From a bacterium (GTDB lineage Bacteria; UBA8248): a stretch of 64,000 bases of DNA. The stretch covers positions 480,001 through 544,000 of the forward strand of contig OZ244799.1 of assembly GCA_965219955.1 (NCBI GenBank), given 5' to 3'. Below the pieces are notes generated by a model that saw nothing but the letters and a program-made list of their open reading frames with translations, did not search any database and had not been told where the DNA came from. Below are positions 19,527 through 28,842 of this stretch, piece by piece. The position numbers were made by a program, and so were the translations under genes. Within the stretch, counting starts at the first letter, position 1. Every line of letters begins with the position of its first letter.

Positions 19527-19574
19527 GGACCCCGGACAGGCACGGAGGCCTGTCCCTGCAATACGCGGTGTGGT

Positions 19575-19878
19575 TTGGTTCGTCATCCCGGTGTTTGCGC
19601 CGATCGTCGAACTGCTCGACTTTGCCGGCCATGCGTCCAGGCTGGACGTCGTCTATTGGTTCGCCATTCTGCTTGCGGTGGACCTGCAAACCTCTTTCCT
19701 GACGCCGCCGTTCGGATTTGCGCTGTTTTACATGAAGGGCGTGGCCTCACCCCAGGTCAGGATCCAGCAGATCTACACCGGAATCATTCCGTTCGTGCTT
19801 CTGCAACTGACCGGGCTGGCGCTTATCATGGCATTTCCGGGAATCGCCATGTGGCTGCCGAGACAACTGCTCAATTGA
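19575..19878 (+). pseudogene. 3' fragment of a TRAP transporter large permease (DctM-like)
   Basis: LQTSFLTPPFGFALFYMKGV...IYTGIIPFVLLQL...FPGIAMWLP. No start codon; 5' part missing next to REP/IS256. Confidence 0.8.
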
Positions 19879-19879
19879 G

Positions 19880-21295
19880 TCATTCCTGGGCCGGTGCGGC
19901 CAGATCGGGCCTCCGGTCGACCCACGGTCTGGCGGCCTCGAATGCGGCGGCGGCGCGGAAGATGTCTTCCTCGTGCAGGATCCTCGAAACCATCTGCATG
20001 CCCACGGGCAGGCCGTCCCGGGTCCATCCCGCCGGCACCGAGGCGGCCGGCTGGCCCGTCAGGTTGAACGGATAGGTGTAGTAGACCCAGGATACGATGT
20101 TGCGGCCGGGCAGCTCAGGCGGCGCGTTGCAGTTCACGTCGAAAGCCGGGACGGGAAGCGTCGGCGTCAGGAGCAGATCGTAGTCCTCGAAGAAGAGGCG
20201 CATCTTCTCGCGGAAGTCGTAGCGCCGGAAAACCTTGTCGTAATACTCGTCCAGTTCCTGATCGAGGGCGCCGGCGAGCACGTCGGCAACCGCCGGGTCG
20301 AGCAGGTCCGGCTTGTCGGCGAGCACATCCTTGAGCCGGGTTCCGACGCCGCCGTAGAACTCGGCCATCCAAATGGGGAGCGGGTCCTCTTCCATGACCT
20401 GTTCGACCAGGTCCACGGTGCAGCCGAGATCCTCGAACACCCTGACGGCCTCCTCGACGATCCGGACCACCTCGCCGGTCGGCTGCGCGTAGCCGAGCGT
20501 CGGGCTCCAGGCCAGGCGCATGCCCTCGACCGGACGCTCGCAGGCGGCCAGGAAGTCGGGCACGGGCTGCGCGACGCTGAAGGGATCCCGGCGGTCGTGC
20601 CCGGCGACGGCGCTCAGCAGGAGCGCCCCGTCGCGCACGGTGCGGGTGAGCGGGCCGACGTGGCCGAGCGTCGGCGTGGCGCTCGCCGGGAAGACCCCGA
20701 CGCGCGCGAACTGCGCCTTGATGCCGAAAAGGCCGCTGAGCGAACTCGGGATGCGGACGGACCCGCCGCCGTCGGTTCCGAGCGCGAACGGTGTGACCCC
20801 GGCGGCAACGCTGGTCGCGGCGCCGCAGCTCGATCCGCCCGGCGTCTTGGCGAGATTCCAGGCGTTCGGCGTCACCCCGGTCAGCGGGCTGTCGCCGACC
20901 GCCTTGCAGCCGAACTCGCTGGTCGTCGACTTGCCGACGATGCAGCCGCCCTGCCGCCGCACCCGGTCCACCGAGGGCGCGTCGACCGCCGCGACGTTGT
21001 CCGCCATCACCCGGGAGCCGAAGGTCAGCTTCAGGCCGTCCACGGCGATCAGGTCCTTCACCGAGATGGGTAGGCCGTGCAGCAGTCCGAGCTCTTCGCC
21101 GGACATGACGGCCTTTTCGGCCTGCCGCGCCGCTTCGAGGGCGAGGTCTGGCGAGGTCTGGACGAAACAGTTGAGCGTCGGCTCCAGCCCGTCCATGCGC
21201 TCCAGGGCCGACCCGACGAGTTCGACCGGCGAGATGTCGCCGCGCGCGATCAGGTCCTTCAACTCGATTGCCGTCATGAACGCGAAATCGCTCAT
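19880..21295 (-). CDS. Amidase (amidase-signature family)
   Basis: ISVKDL, TPGGSSCG, GTDGGGSVRIPS. Confidence 0.93.
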   Translation of the reverse strand: MSDFAFMTAIELKDLIARGDISPVELVGSALERMDGLEPTLNCFVQTSPDLALEAARQAEKAVMSGEELGLLHGLPISVKDLIAVDGLKLTFGSRVMADNVAAVDAPSVDRVRRQGGCIVGKSTTSEFGCKAVGDSPLTGVTPNAWNLAKTPGGSSCGAATSVAAGVTPFALGTDGGGSVRIPSSLSGLFGIKAQFARVGVFPASATPTLGHVGPLTRTVRDGALLLSAVAGHDRRDPFSVAQPVPDFLAACERPVEGMRLAWSPTLGYAQPTGEVVRIVEEAVRVFEDLGCTVDLVEQVMEEDPLPIWMAEFYGGVGTRLKDVLADKPDLLDPAVADVLAGALDQELDEYYDKVFRRYDFREKMRLFFEDYDLLLTPTLPVPAFDVNCNAPPELPGRNIVSWVYYTYPFNLTGQPAASVPAGWTRDGLPVGMQMVSRILHEEDIFRAAAAFEAARPWVDRRPDLAAPAQE

Positions 21296-21747
21296 CGTTC
21301 CTGTCCGTCGAGCCACCCGCCAAGCGTCTCGAGCGTCTTCGCAAACCGCTCGATTTCATCCACGTCTATCGCGCTGAAGGTCCGGAATAGATCCTGGCCG
21401 ATGTCCTTGTGGATCCTGTCGGGCAGCGCCGTGGTCTCATCCCTGGCAGTAACGATTTTCGAGCGCTTGTCGGTCGGGCTATCGGCGAAATCCACCGGTT
21501 CCATATTGCGGAACTTTGCCAGGGCCTTCGTAACGGCAGGCTGGCCGACTTCCACAGCCGCTGCGATGTCCGATATGCGGCTCCCTCCCCGCGCTCGTTG
21601 CCTGACGATGTGATGCAGGATGCCGAACTGACCCAACGTCAGACTGTGGGGTTCCGGCAAAATGGTCATGCGTGTTCCGAAAAGCTGGCAGACAATGGAC
21701 AGCCAGGTTGCACATCCGGATACCAGCGGGCCTGTGCGTTTCGACAT
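21292..21747 (-). CDS. MarR-family transcriptional regulator (possibly degenerating)
   Basis: LTLGQFGILHH, ISDIAAAVEVGQPAVTKAL, DKRSKIV. Confidence 0.7.
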   Translation of the reverse strand: MSKRTGPLVSGCATWLSIVCQLFGTRMTILPEPHSLTLGQFGILHHIVRQRARGGSRISDIAAAVEVGQPAVTKALAKFRNMEPVDFADSPTDKRSKIVTARDETTALPDRIHKDIGQDLFRTFSAIDVDEIERFAKTLETLGGWLDGQER

Positions 21748-21823
21748 GGTTTCACGATTCGCTTGATTTGCATTCCAAAGAATATAAAAAAATATTCCAG
21801 GGATTACAAATTGAAATAGAGCA

Positions 21824-22140
21824 ATGTTCCTGAAGCTGCTGGACGGCGTCACCGCCCTCCCGCTTTGGACCCATGCAGCTGCCGCGGTCGCGACAGTCGC
21901 CAGCTTTCAATGGACGAGGGGCTGGCTTGAAGCCGGCTATGCCGCGTCACGGCGCCCCGTGGATTTCGCCACCGGCCAGACCGCGTTCAGCGGCGAAAAG
22001 ATCAAGAGCTACTTCGCCCATACGCAGAAGACGGGAATTGGACCACCCAGGTCATCGACTACGGGTTCATCCTTGCCATGGCGTGCATGGGGCTGTTCGT
22101 CTGCACGTTCGTCGCGCGGTTCAACCGCGGCGGCAGGCGG
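21824..22140 (+). pseudogene. Frameshifted, truncated membrane protein gene
   Basis: PVDFATGQTAFSG continues in another frame as QVIDYGFILAMACMGLF and is then cut by repeat copy 2. Confidence 0.55.
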
Positions 22141-22311
22141 CAGGGGCCGCCCGCGAACGGCGTCTGCGGAATGCGCGGTCCTGGTCATCACGCCCTCCCC
22201 TGTGGGCTGGTTCCGGTCAATGGCGCGGGAATCCTTCGCCCCGCGCCCCGCGCGCGATACCGCAGTCCGGGTTTTCAGAGAGTACGGCAACTGTGGGGCA
22301 ATGCGTGGTCA
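22140..22311. repeat. Copy 2 of the ~170-bp diverged direct repeat
   Basis: Colinear similarity to 16100-16272. Confidence 0.8.
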
Positions 22312-22403
22312 AAGCCAAGTGGGAAAAAGGGAGTTGTTTTACTGATATTGATGTTTTTCTCGTCCTCGGTAAACTCTTCTTTTAGCGAATAATTTCATAC
22401 AAT

Positions 22404-22474
22404 TTGTGTCTATTATAGCAAATAGACACAATATATAGTTTTCCCTTTGAAAAAGTGTATTTATCCAGTATACT
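22404..22474 (+). promoter_or_regulatory. Operator palindrome and sigma70-type promoter of the defence operon
   Basis: Perfect IR TTGTGTCTATT-N6-AATAGACACAA (22404-22431); TTGAAA(22447)-N16-TATACT(22469). Confidence 0.6.
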
Positions 22475-22481
22475 ATGAGTC

Positions 22482-22688
22482 ATGAGGGATGTTGGCCGGA
22501 GTATTCACGTTCAGCGCGACTTATGGCAAAAGTTTCTAGATGCCTGCCGTGCAGATGAGCACTCCGCGGGCACAGGTGCTCAAGGATTTTTGAGAGCCTA
22601 TGTTGCAAGAAAGGGTTCGCGCGAGTACCAAAACGAATCTGATGATAACCACGCAATTGAAACGCGGCAACACAAGAAGGCACTCTGA
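22482..22688 (+). CDS. Small putative ribbon-helix-helix regulator, probably leaderless
   Basis: RSIHVQRDLWQKFLDAC...GFLRAYV has a beta-helix-helix pattern; ATG is 7 nt after the -10 box. Confidence 0.45.
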   Translation: MRDVGRSIHVQRDLWQKFLDACRADEHSAGTGAQGFLRAYVARKGSREYQNESDDNHAIETRQHKKAL

Positions 22689-22704
22689 TGAGGATAAGGG
22701 GAAC

Positions 22705-23586
22705 GTGAGGGTGGCATCTGAACTAGCGCATGACAACATTACGCGGCTTCAGCGGGATCAAATGGTTGATATCGTATGTGAAGACAACTTGAAATATATG
22801 CGGAAACTACCTGATCAGTTCATGCATCTCATTATCACTTCGCCACCATACAACAACGGTAAAGCCTATGAATTGCGCAAATCGCGTGAGCGATACATTG
22901 AAGAGCAAGCAGCCTGTATCGCAGAAGCAGTCCGGCTCTTGCACCCACAAGGTTCCATTTGCTGGCAAGTGGGTAATCATATTGATGATGGAGAAGTTTT
23001 TCCGCTAGATATCCTACTCTACGATCTATTTAAAAACCATGGACTGAAACTGAGAAATCGGATTGTTTGGACCTTTGGCCACGGCCTCCATTGTCAAAAG
23101 CGTTTATCAGGGCGACATGAAACGATTCTTTGGTTCACAAAGTCTGACGACTACATTTTTAATCTTGATCCTATTCGAGTTCCCTCAAAATATCCCAACA
23201 AGAAATACTTTAAGGGACCCAAAAAAGGCGAGTTTTCCGGCAATCCTCTCGGAAAGAATCCTTCGGACGTATGGGAAATACCGAACGTAAAATGGAACCA
23301 CGTTGAAAAAACCGACCATCCCTGCCAATTTCCAGTAGGACTTGTGGAAAGACTTGTTCTAGGTCTGACCAACATGGGCGACAACGTATTCGATCCATAC
23401 GTCGGGGTTGGTAGTTCCGCCATCGCGGCTCTTTTGCACGAACGTAACGCCTATGGGTGTGATTTTGAGCAGGGATATATTGATATTGCCTGGGAACGTA
23501 TTCACCAGCTTCGAGAGGGAACTTTGCGCACTCGTCCCATGAATAAGCCAGTGTACGAACCCCGAAAAAGGGGGAGCGATGAATGA
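22705..23586 (+). CDS. Site-specific DNA amino-methyltransferase (beta class, probably N4-C); start uncertain (ORF open from 22600)
   Basis: TSPPYN precedes HPCQFP and DPYVGVGSS (motif IV before motif I). Confidence 0.92.
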   Translation: MRVASELAHDNITRLQRDQMVDIVCEDNLKYMRKLPDQFMHLIITSPPYNNGKAYELRKSRERYIEEQAACIAEAVRLLHPQGSICWQVGNHIDDGEVFPLDILLYDLFKNHGLKLRNRIVWTFGHGLHCQKRLSGRHETILWFTKSDDYIFNLDPIRVPSKYPNKKYFKGPKKGEFSGNPLGKNPSDVWEIPNVKWNHVEKTDHPCQFPVGLVERLVLGLTNMGDNVFDPYVGVGSSAIAALLHERNAYGCDFEQGYIDIAWERIHQLREGTLRTRPMNKPVYEPRKRGSDE

Positions 23587-24044
23587 AGTTTGTCGCAACA
23601 TACTCCCATCACAATGGTGTCGCTGTCTGGAAAGAACGTGACCTCTATGAATGGGTCACGGACATCTTCGAAGCTCCTAGGGTGAAGATAAAGCCAAAAG
23701 GCACAAGCGATATTCGCAATCATGTGAAAAATGAGTTGAGCGACGAAGGGTGGGCGTTTAACGTCCGAGTTGATCCTGAAGCTGATTTGACGGTTTTTGC
23801 GAAAAAATCTGACCTCGTTGTTCAGATACAAACCGGCAACATTAGCCGTTATGCATACGACCTACTTAAGATACAACACCTTTATAGTAAGAAAGAAATC
23901 GAAGGAGCAGCGCTTGCGGTCCCCACCAAGGAAACAGCCAAGGTGTTAGGCAGCAACATTGCTTATGACGAGCGTGTCTGGAACGAACTGAATATTTTTG
24001 ACCGCGTGATTACCGTACCGTTGATGATTATTGCATTCAAATAA
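23583..24044 (+). CDS. BglII/BstYI-like restriction endonuclease-fold protein
   Basis: LSDEGW, VQIQTGNISRYAYDLLK, VPLMIIAF; translationally coupled to the MTase (ATGA overlap). Confidence 0.65.
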   Translation: MKFVATYSHHNGVAVWKERDLYEWVTDIFEAPRVKIKPKGTSDIRNHVKNELSDEGWAFNVRVDPEADLTVFAKKSDLVVQIQTGNISRYAYDLLKIQHLYSKKEIEGAALAVPTKETAKVLGSNIAYDERVWNELNIFDRVITVPLMIIAFK

Positions 24045-24057
24045 AGGGGAAGTGCAG

Positions 24058-25356
24058 ATGTACAAGATAAGCACCAGTCCGCTTGCTCAACGAAAAGAGC
24101 TAGTCGACCAAGCGTGCAAGGTGTCGAAGGAAACGCTGCCTTTTTACGAGTTCCAGAATAAGAGGCACGATTTATCGATCATTCGGCTCGACCTAAATGT
24201 GCCTGTTTACCGGATGCAGAACTTCAGAACACGCACGACACAATTAAAGTATGTGCGCGATCATAAAAAACCGGCAGACTTCTTTAGCAGTGGTCAGGAG
24301 AATGAGGAATCTCAACAGGCACAACACGCCCTCCTTGTTGTGTTTGCTAAGGAGGGGCGTACCGGTTCGATCTTGCCCATTTTTGACGCACTCCAAAGTG
24401 AAGAACAGAGAGAGCCACTGATAATCACGGCTGGTGGTGTGGTTGTAAACGGGAATCGTCGTCTCGCTGCAATGCGAGAGCTATTCACTGAAAGGCCGGC
24501 ACAGTTTCCCCGCTTTAGTCATGTCGATTGCGCTGTGCTCCCGGGAAATATAACGCCTGATGAGATTCGTGAAATTGAAGTCCGGCTTCAGATGCGTCAG
24601 GAAACAAAGTTGCCATATGAATGGGTCAATGAATCCCTAGCTATTCAAGAGCTTATACAAAGTGGGAAATCGGTCAGCCACATTGCTGATTTGATGAAGA
24701 AGAGGAAACGAGATGTTGAACGAGCCGATCAGGCGCTAAGGGAAGCCGATCTTTATCTTAAAGAGTGGGCACATACGCCGGGTGAATATCAAGAAGTGGA
24801 AGATGGAGAACAGCATTTTAATGATCTCGCTAAAGGGCTAGAAGGCAAACAGGGTGATGTATTAGAAGTTAGCCGTCGTATCGCGTGGGCACTTTTCTCG
24901 GCCAACAACCTTAAGGAGGGCCGACTCTACGGCTACAACTTTAGTTTTGGAAATCGAACCGACGAGGTAGTCGCATCTCTCGTTGAACGCCTAGATATAG
25001 ATTTGACGGTTGATAAAGAAGACAGCAATGATGACGATGATTTAGACATCGACATTGATGACGAAGAAGTAACTTCCCTTGATCCCTTAATTGAAATCTT
25101 TGATGACCCGTCTCATCGGCAGATGGTCACCGACGAGGTTGTCGCGATATGCGAGAACATCATTGAGAAGGACCGACAGGGCAAGATTGGACGGCGTGCT
25201 CTCAAGGCGCTCCAAGATGCCAACGGCAAACTACAGGAAGTAGATTTGAGCAAAGCTGAATCGTCAACATACGATGCTATCGATTCTCAACTTGATAGTA
25301 TTCTCGAGCGTGCTGCCGATCTTAAGAGAAAACTCGAGCCTTACAAGTCAAGTTAG
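24058..25356 (+). CDS. ParB/Sulfiredoxin-like N-terminal domain protein
   Basis: QREPLIIT..GVVVNGNRRLAAMREL; acidic linker and helical C-terminus. Confidence 0.7.
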   Translation: MYKISTSPLAQRKELVDQACKVSKETLPFYEFQNKRHDLSIIRLDLNVPVYRMQNFRTRTTQLKYVRDHKKPADFFSSGQENEESQQAQHALLVVFAKEGRTGSILPIFDALQSEEQREPLIITAGGVVVNGNRRLAAMRELFTERPAQFPRFSHVDCAVLPGNITPDEIREIEVRLQMRQETKLPYEWVNESLAIQELIQSGKSVSHIADLMKKRKRDVERADQALREADLYLKEWAHTPGEYQEVEDGEQHFNDLAKGLEGKQGDVLEVSRRIAWALFSANNLKEGRLYGYNFSFGNRTDEVVASLVERLDIDLTVDKEDSNDDDDLDIDIDDEEVTSLDPLIEIFDDPSHRQMVTDEVVAICENIIEKDRQGKIGRRALKALQDANGKLQEVDLSKAESSTYDAIDSQLDSILERAADLKRKLEPYKSS

Positions 25357-25376
25357 CCGATTTAGAGTGATCTTGT

Positions 25377-27278
25377 ATGAATGTGAGTTCGCGTCTCGAT
25401 ATAAGCATTTCATATGACGAAGATCAGCTTCGAGGGACGCTGAGTGTTGATGATCCCACCGAAAGTGGGGTGTGGGATCGGTTTCGCCAATCTGCAATTT
25501 CTCTAACTGAAGATTACAGGCTCACTCCCACATCCATTGGCATTCCCTGGTCGTCAGTTCTGTCGCTAATCCGAATCTTTGCGCCTAGTCAACGAAAGTG
25601 GAATTTCCGGTTTAAGCCGGATGAGACAGCTAGGGGACCCATTGACGAATTTCTATCTCAGCACAAAAAAGTTAGAGAAGCTCAGTCCGCTGCGGTTCAA
25701 AGTCTGAGTGCGGAAGAAGTATCAGAGAAGCTTAATGTACTTGGTTTCACTCAGCGTCAACTGAAGGATTTTCAGATCCGAGACTTACAGCGACTTGTAT
25801 CACTGCCGAATGGTGCAAATTTCTCAGTGCCAGGTGCCGGAAAAACGACCGTCACACTTGCTCTAAACTTGTTAACTCATCGAGAAGGTCAGCACATATT
25901 TGTCGTAGGGCCGAAAAGCTCATTCCCAGCCTGGTCGGTAGTAGTGGATGACTGTATTGGCGAAAACGCCCCGGACTGGGTACGCGAGCCATTTACTATT
26001 TTAACTGGCGGTGCCGATGCAGTGCGTAGGTCCCTAAATTCAGGTGCCTCCCGCTTCATAATAAATTACGATCAACTCATTCTCCTATCCGATGTATTCT
26101 TCAACTACCTTGCTCAAAATCCGGTCCATTTAGTTTTGGACGAGTCCCACAGGATGAAGGGTGGGCTAGCAGTTAAACGAGGAATAGTTCTCCTAAACGC
26201 AGCGACATTGCCTATTCGACGCGATATCCTAAGTGGAACGCCGATGCCCCAGGGACCAAGTGATTTACAGTCTCAACTCGAATTTTTGTGGCCTGGCTCA
26301 GGACTTGGAACCCAAATTGCCCTTGGTAGTACGCCCAAGCAAGTTATTGGAAATTTGTATGTTCGAACTACTAAAGCAGATCTTGGGTTGCCGCCAGTGC
26401 GTCGACACTTCCTACAGGTAGACATGGGTAAAGGACAATCCGCGCTTTACGCTATAGTCCGTAACGAGGCTTTGAGGGATCTAAGTTCGCTTCGATCTGG
26501 TAGCGGTGTCGATATCGTTCGCGCTAGGCGGTCGGTTATGCGGCTATTAAAGCTTTCTGCCAATCCGGTACTTGCACTCCGATCTATTATGAGTGAGGCG
26601 CCAACCGTCCAATCTGGTGTGGTGCAGCAAGTCATGGAGGATGGTCCATCGCCTAAAATGCTAGCAGTTCGGGATTTGGCACGAGAATTGGCTTCTAAAG
26701 GTCGTAAAGTCGTCATATGGAGTATCTTTACAAATACGCTCCAATGCATGGAGCGAATGCTTGCCGATCTGAACCCGGTGATGGTTTACGGAGCAGTCCC
26801 AACTGGAGAGCCGTCTGATCCTAACTCCCGCGAAGGGATGATGAGGCGGTTTCATGAGGATGGGAATTGTATGGTATTCATTGCAAATCCTGCCGCGGCT
26901 GGAGAAGGCATTAGCCTGCATCATGTTTGCCATGATGCGATTTATTTGGATCGCAGCTACAACACTACGCACTATCTACAATCGATAGATCGCATTCATC
27001 GTTTGGGCTTGCCGCCTGAAACTCAAACAAACGTGTATATCGTCCAAACAAGAGCGCCGAAGAGTCTTGGTTGCGTGGACCATTCGGTTAGCCGTCGACT
27101 GGCTATCAAGCTTAGGGCTCTTCAACAACTCCTAGATGATGAAGACTTGCACCAAATTGCGCTTGATGAAGAAGAGACTGAAGAGCCAATTGACTACGAC
27201 ATTGACCCTGAGGATTTGATGGATTTGATCGAAGAACTGGAAGGACGTACCTCCTTCGACGAGGGTGAAGGCGTGTGA
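25377..27278 (+). CDS. SNF2-family helicase/ATPase
   Basis: PGAGKT, LDESHR, LSGTP, ANPAAAGEGISL, QSIDRIHRLG. Confidence 0.9.
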   Translation: MNVSSRLDISISYDEDQLRGTLSVDDPTESGVWDRFRQSAISLTEDYRLTPTSIGIPWSSVLSLIRIFAPSQRKWNFRFKPDETARGPIDEFLSQHKKVREAQSAAVQSLSAEEVSEKLNVLGFTQRQLKDFQIRDLQRLVSLPNGANFSVPGAGKTTVTLALNLLTHREGQHIFVVGPKSSFPAWSVVVDDCIGENAPDWVREPFTILTGGADAVRRSLNSGASRFIINYDQLILLSDVFFNYLAQNPVHLVLDESHRMKGGLAVKRGIVLLNAATLPIRRDILSGTPMPQGPSDLQSQLEFLWPGSGLGTQIALGSTPKQVIGNLYVRTTKADLGLPPVRRHFLQVDMGKGQSALYAIVRNEALRDLSSLRSGSGVDIVRARRSVMRLLKLSANPVLALRSIMSEAPTVQSGVVQQVMEDGPSPKMLAVRDLARELASKGRKVVIWSIFTNTLQCMERMLADLNPVMVYGAVPTGEPSDPNSREGMMRRFHEDGNCMVFIANPAAAGEGISLHHVCHDAIYLDRSYNTTHYLQSIDRIHRLGLPPETQTNVYIVQTRAPKSLGCVDHSVSRRLAIKLRALQQLLDDEDLHQIALDEEETEEPIDYDIDPEDLMDLIEELEGRTSFDEGEGV

Positions 27279-28093
27279 AAGCGGACTTAGATATTGATCG
27301 TTGCTTTACTGTCGCAGCCTATTCTGCGTTCATGGTGCTGCGACAATACCTCGCCAAGAATCCAAATGCTACACCAAAAGATGCTGTGAACATCATTGAG
27401 GCCACAAATGCTGATGATGCGGGACTAGATTTTCTTGGTGGCCAAGAAATATACCTACACTTGAATGATATACTTGATCTCTCGTCTGGCACGAACCATC
27501 TTCGTGTTGTTATTGGTGAATTGATCCGCTCAAGTAGTCCATGGTGGATTCGCCTTATCCCTTACGGGCGAGAAAAAGTGAGATCCGCCTTACACCTAAA
27601 CCAAGTGCAATGCCTTAGAGAAGCAGGGTTATTGGATCCCGTTCCCGACGCTGAAGCCATCGCTTGGTGGGATGAGATAGCAGCTCTCATGAGAGGGGTG
27701 GTCGATAGCGAGCGCATGCTTCAAGCGAGACAAGCAGAACGGTTATCCCTTGAGTATGAACGAGCTCGCTTGAAAAACTTGGGAATTCATTTAGAACCCG
27801 TCTGGGTATCATTGGATGATAACACCCTTGGCTATGACATTCAGTCTTATAACAAGGAACCTAGTGGTATCGTGAGCCGCTTAATCGAAGTCAAAAGTAC
27901 AACCAATGACAGCATCTACATTACCAGAAACGAATGGCGTAACGCAGTGAGCACCAACCAAAGTTACTTGTTCCACGTTTGGTTCATGCCAGATCAAGAG
28001 GTGGTCGAGTATACTACCAATGCTATGGAACCCAGTATTCCTCTTGATAAGGGAACGGGTGAGTGGCAGAATGTCCGAGTAACTTTGTCATGA
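27275..28093 (+). CDS. DUF3883/NO VEIN-type PD-(D/E)xK nuclease domain protein
   Basis: AERLSLEYER, GYDIQS, IEVKST, ITRNEW. Confidence 0.8.
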   Translation: MKADLDIDRCFTVAAYSAFMVLRQYLAKNPNATPKDAVNIIEATNADDAGLDFLGGQEIYLHLNDILDLSSGTNHLRVVIGELIRSSSPWWIRLIPYGREKVRSALHLNQVQCLREAGLLDPVPDAEAIAWWDEIAALMRGVVDSERMLQARQAERLSLEYERARLKNLGIHLEPVWVSLDDNTLGYDIQSYNKEPSGIVSRLIEVKSTTNDSIYITRNEWRNAVSTNQSYLFHVWFMPDQEVVEYTTNAMEPSIPLDKGTGEWQNVRVTLS

Positions 28094-28194
28094 TCTTGGC
28101 ATCTCGTTAGATGGATTAGTGTATTTTCCTTGCGCCTCAACATCCAGAGTACTCCCATCTCTGGCGAGTGGGTATTCATACATCCGATCATAAA

Positions 28195-28830
28195 ATCAGG
28201 ACTTTTTAAACAACCCTCTTGTCAGGGGGGCTTTTCTTGCGCCTTCTCGTCGGGAGCGGTATCGCCTTTACCCCCCTCAAGGGGGGTGGGGCAGGGGGAT
28301 GGTTTTAAGTCAAACGAAGGCGAGTGGATGGTGTGGCGGATTACGCGCCGGTTCCCCTTTCTGCCACGCAGGCGGCCACGAAACCTCATCCCGAGCAGGC
28401 CCGAAGGGCCGTACGAGGGAGCGCCTCTTCGGCAGGCACGGGACAGGCCCTTCGATACAAACACTCCTTTCTCGGGGCTGTTGATAAAGTCATTCTTGGT
28501 CGTAATGACGGCCAAAACCCGAAACCGGGCGGAGCCGCAGTCTGTCGCCTTGAAAACCAACCCCCCCTACCCCCCCCTTGTCAGGGGGGCAAGAAAAAGC
28601 AAAACCCCCTCGGCCCAAAGGGGGCGCATCGCTTTTTTATACCCCTCTGACAAGGGGGGGGTAGGGGGGGTTGGTTTTATCCCCTGACAAGACGGGCTTT
28701 TTCAACAACCCCTCCCCGGTCGTGTTCGACCTCCGGCGGCTACTCGGGGTGAGGGGCGCCGGGCAACGCCGGAGCCTGCCCCGGACGAAGTCGAGGGGCC
28801 GCTGCCCGGGGTGAGGCGGAGCGGCGGCCG
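28195..28830. repeat. Composite repeat cluster including a MITE-like unit at 28474-28712
   Basis: GGGGCTGTTGATAAA...TTTTTCAACAACCCC termini around CCCCCCTACCCCCCCTTGTCAGGGGG palindromes. Confidence 0.75.
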
Positions 28831-28842
28831 GGCGACCGCGCG

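Noticed and set aside
19330-19878. 182-aa ORF as an intact gene
   Set aside because: Chimera of IS256 end sequence, a REP arm and a dctM 3' fragment.
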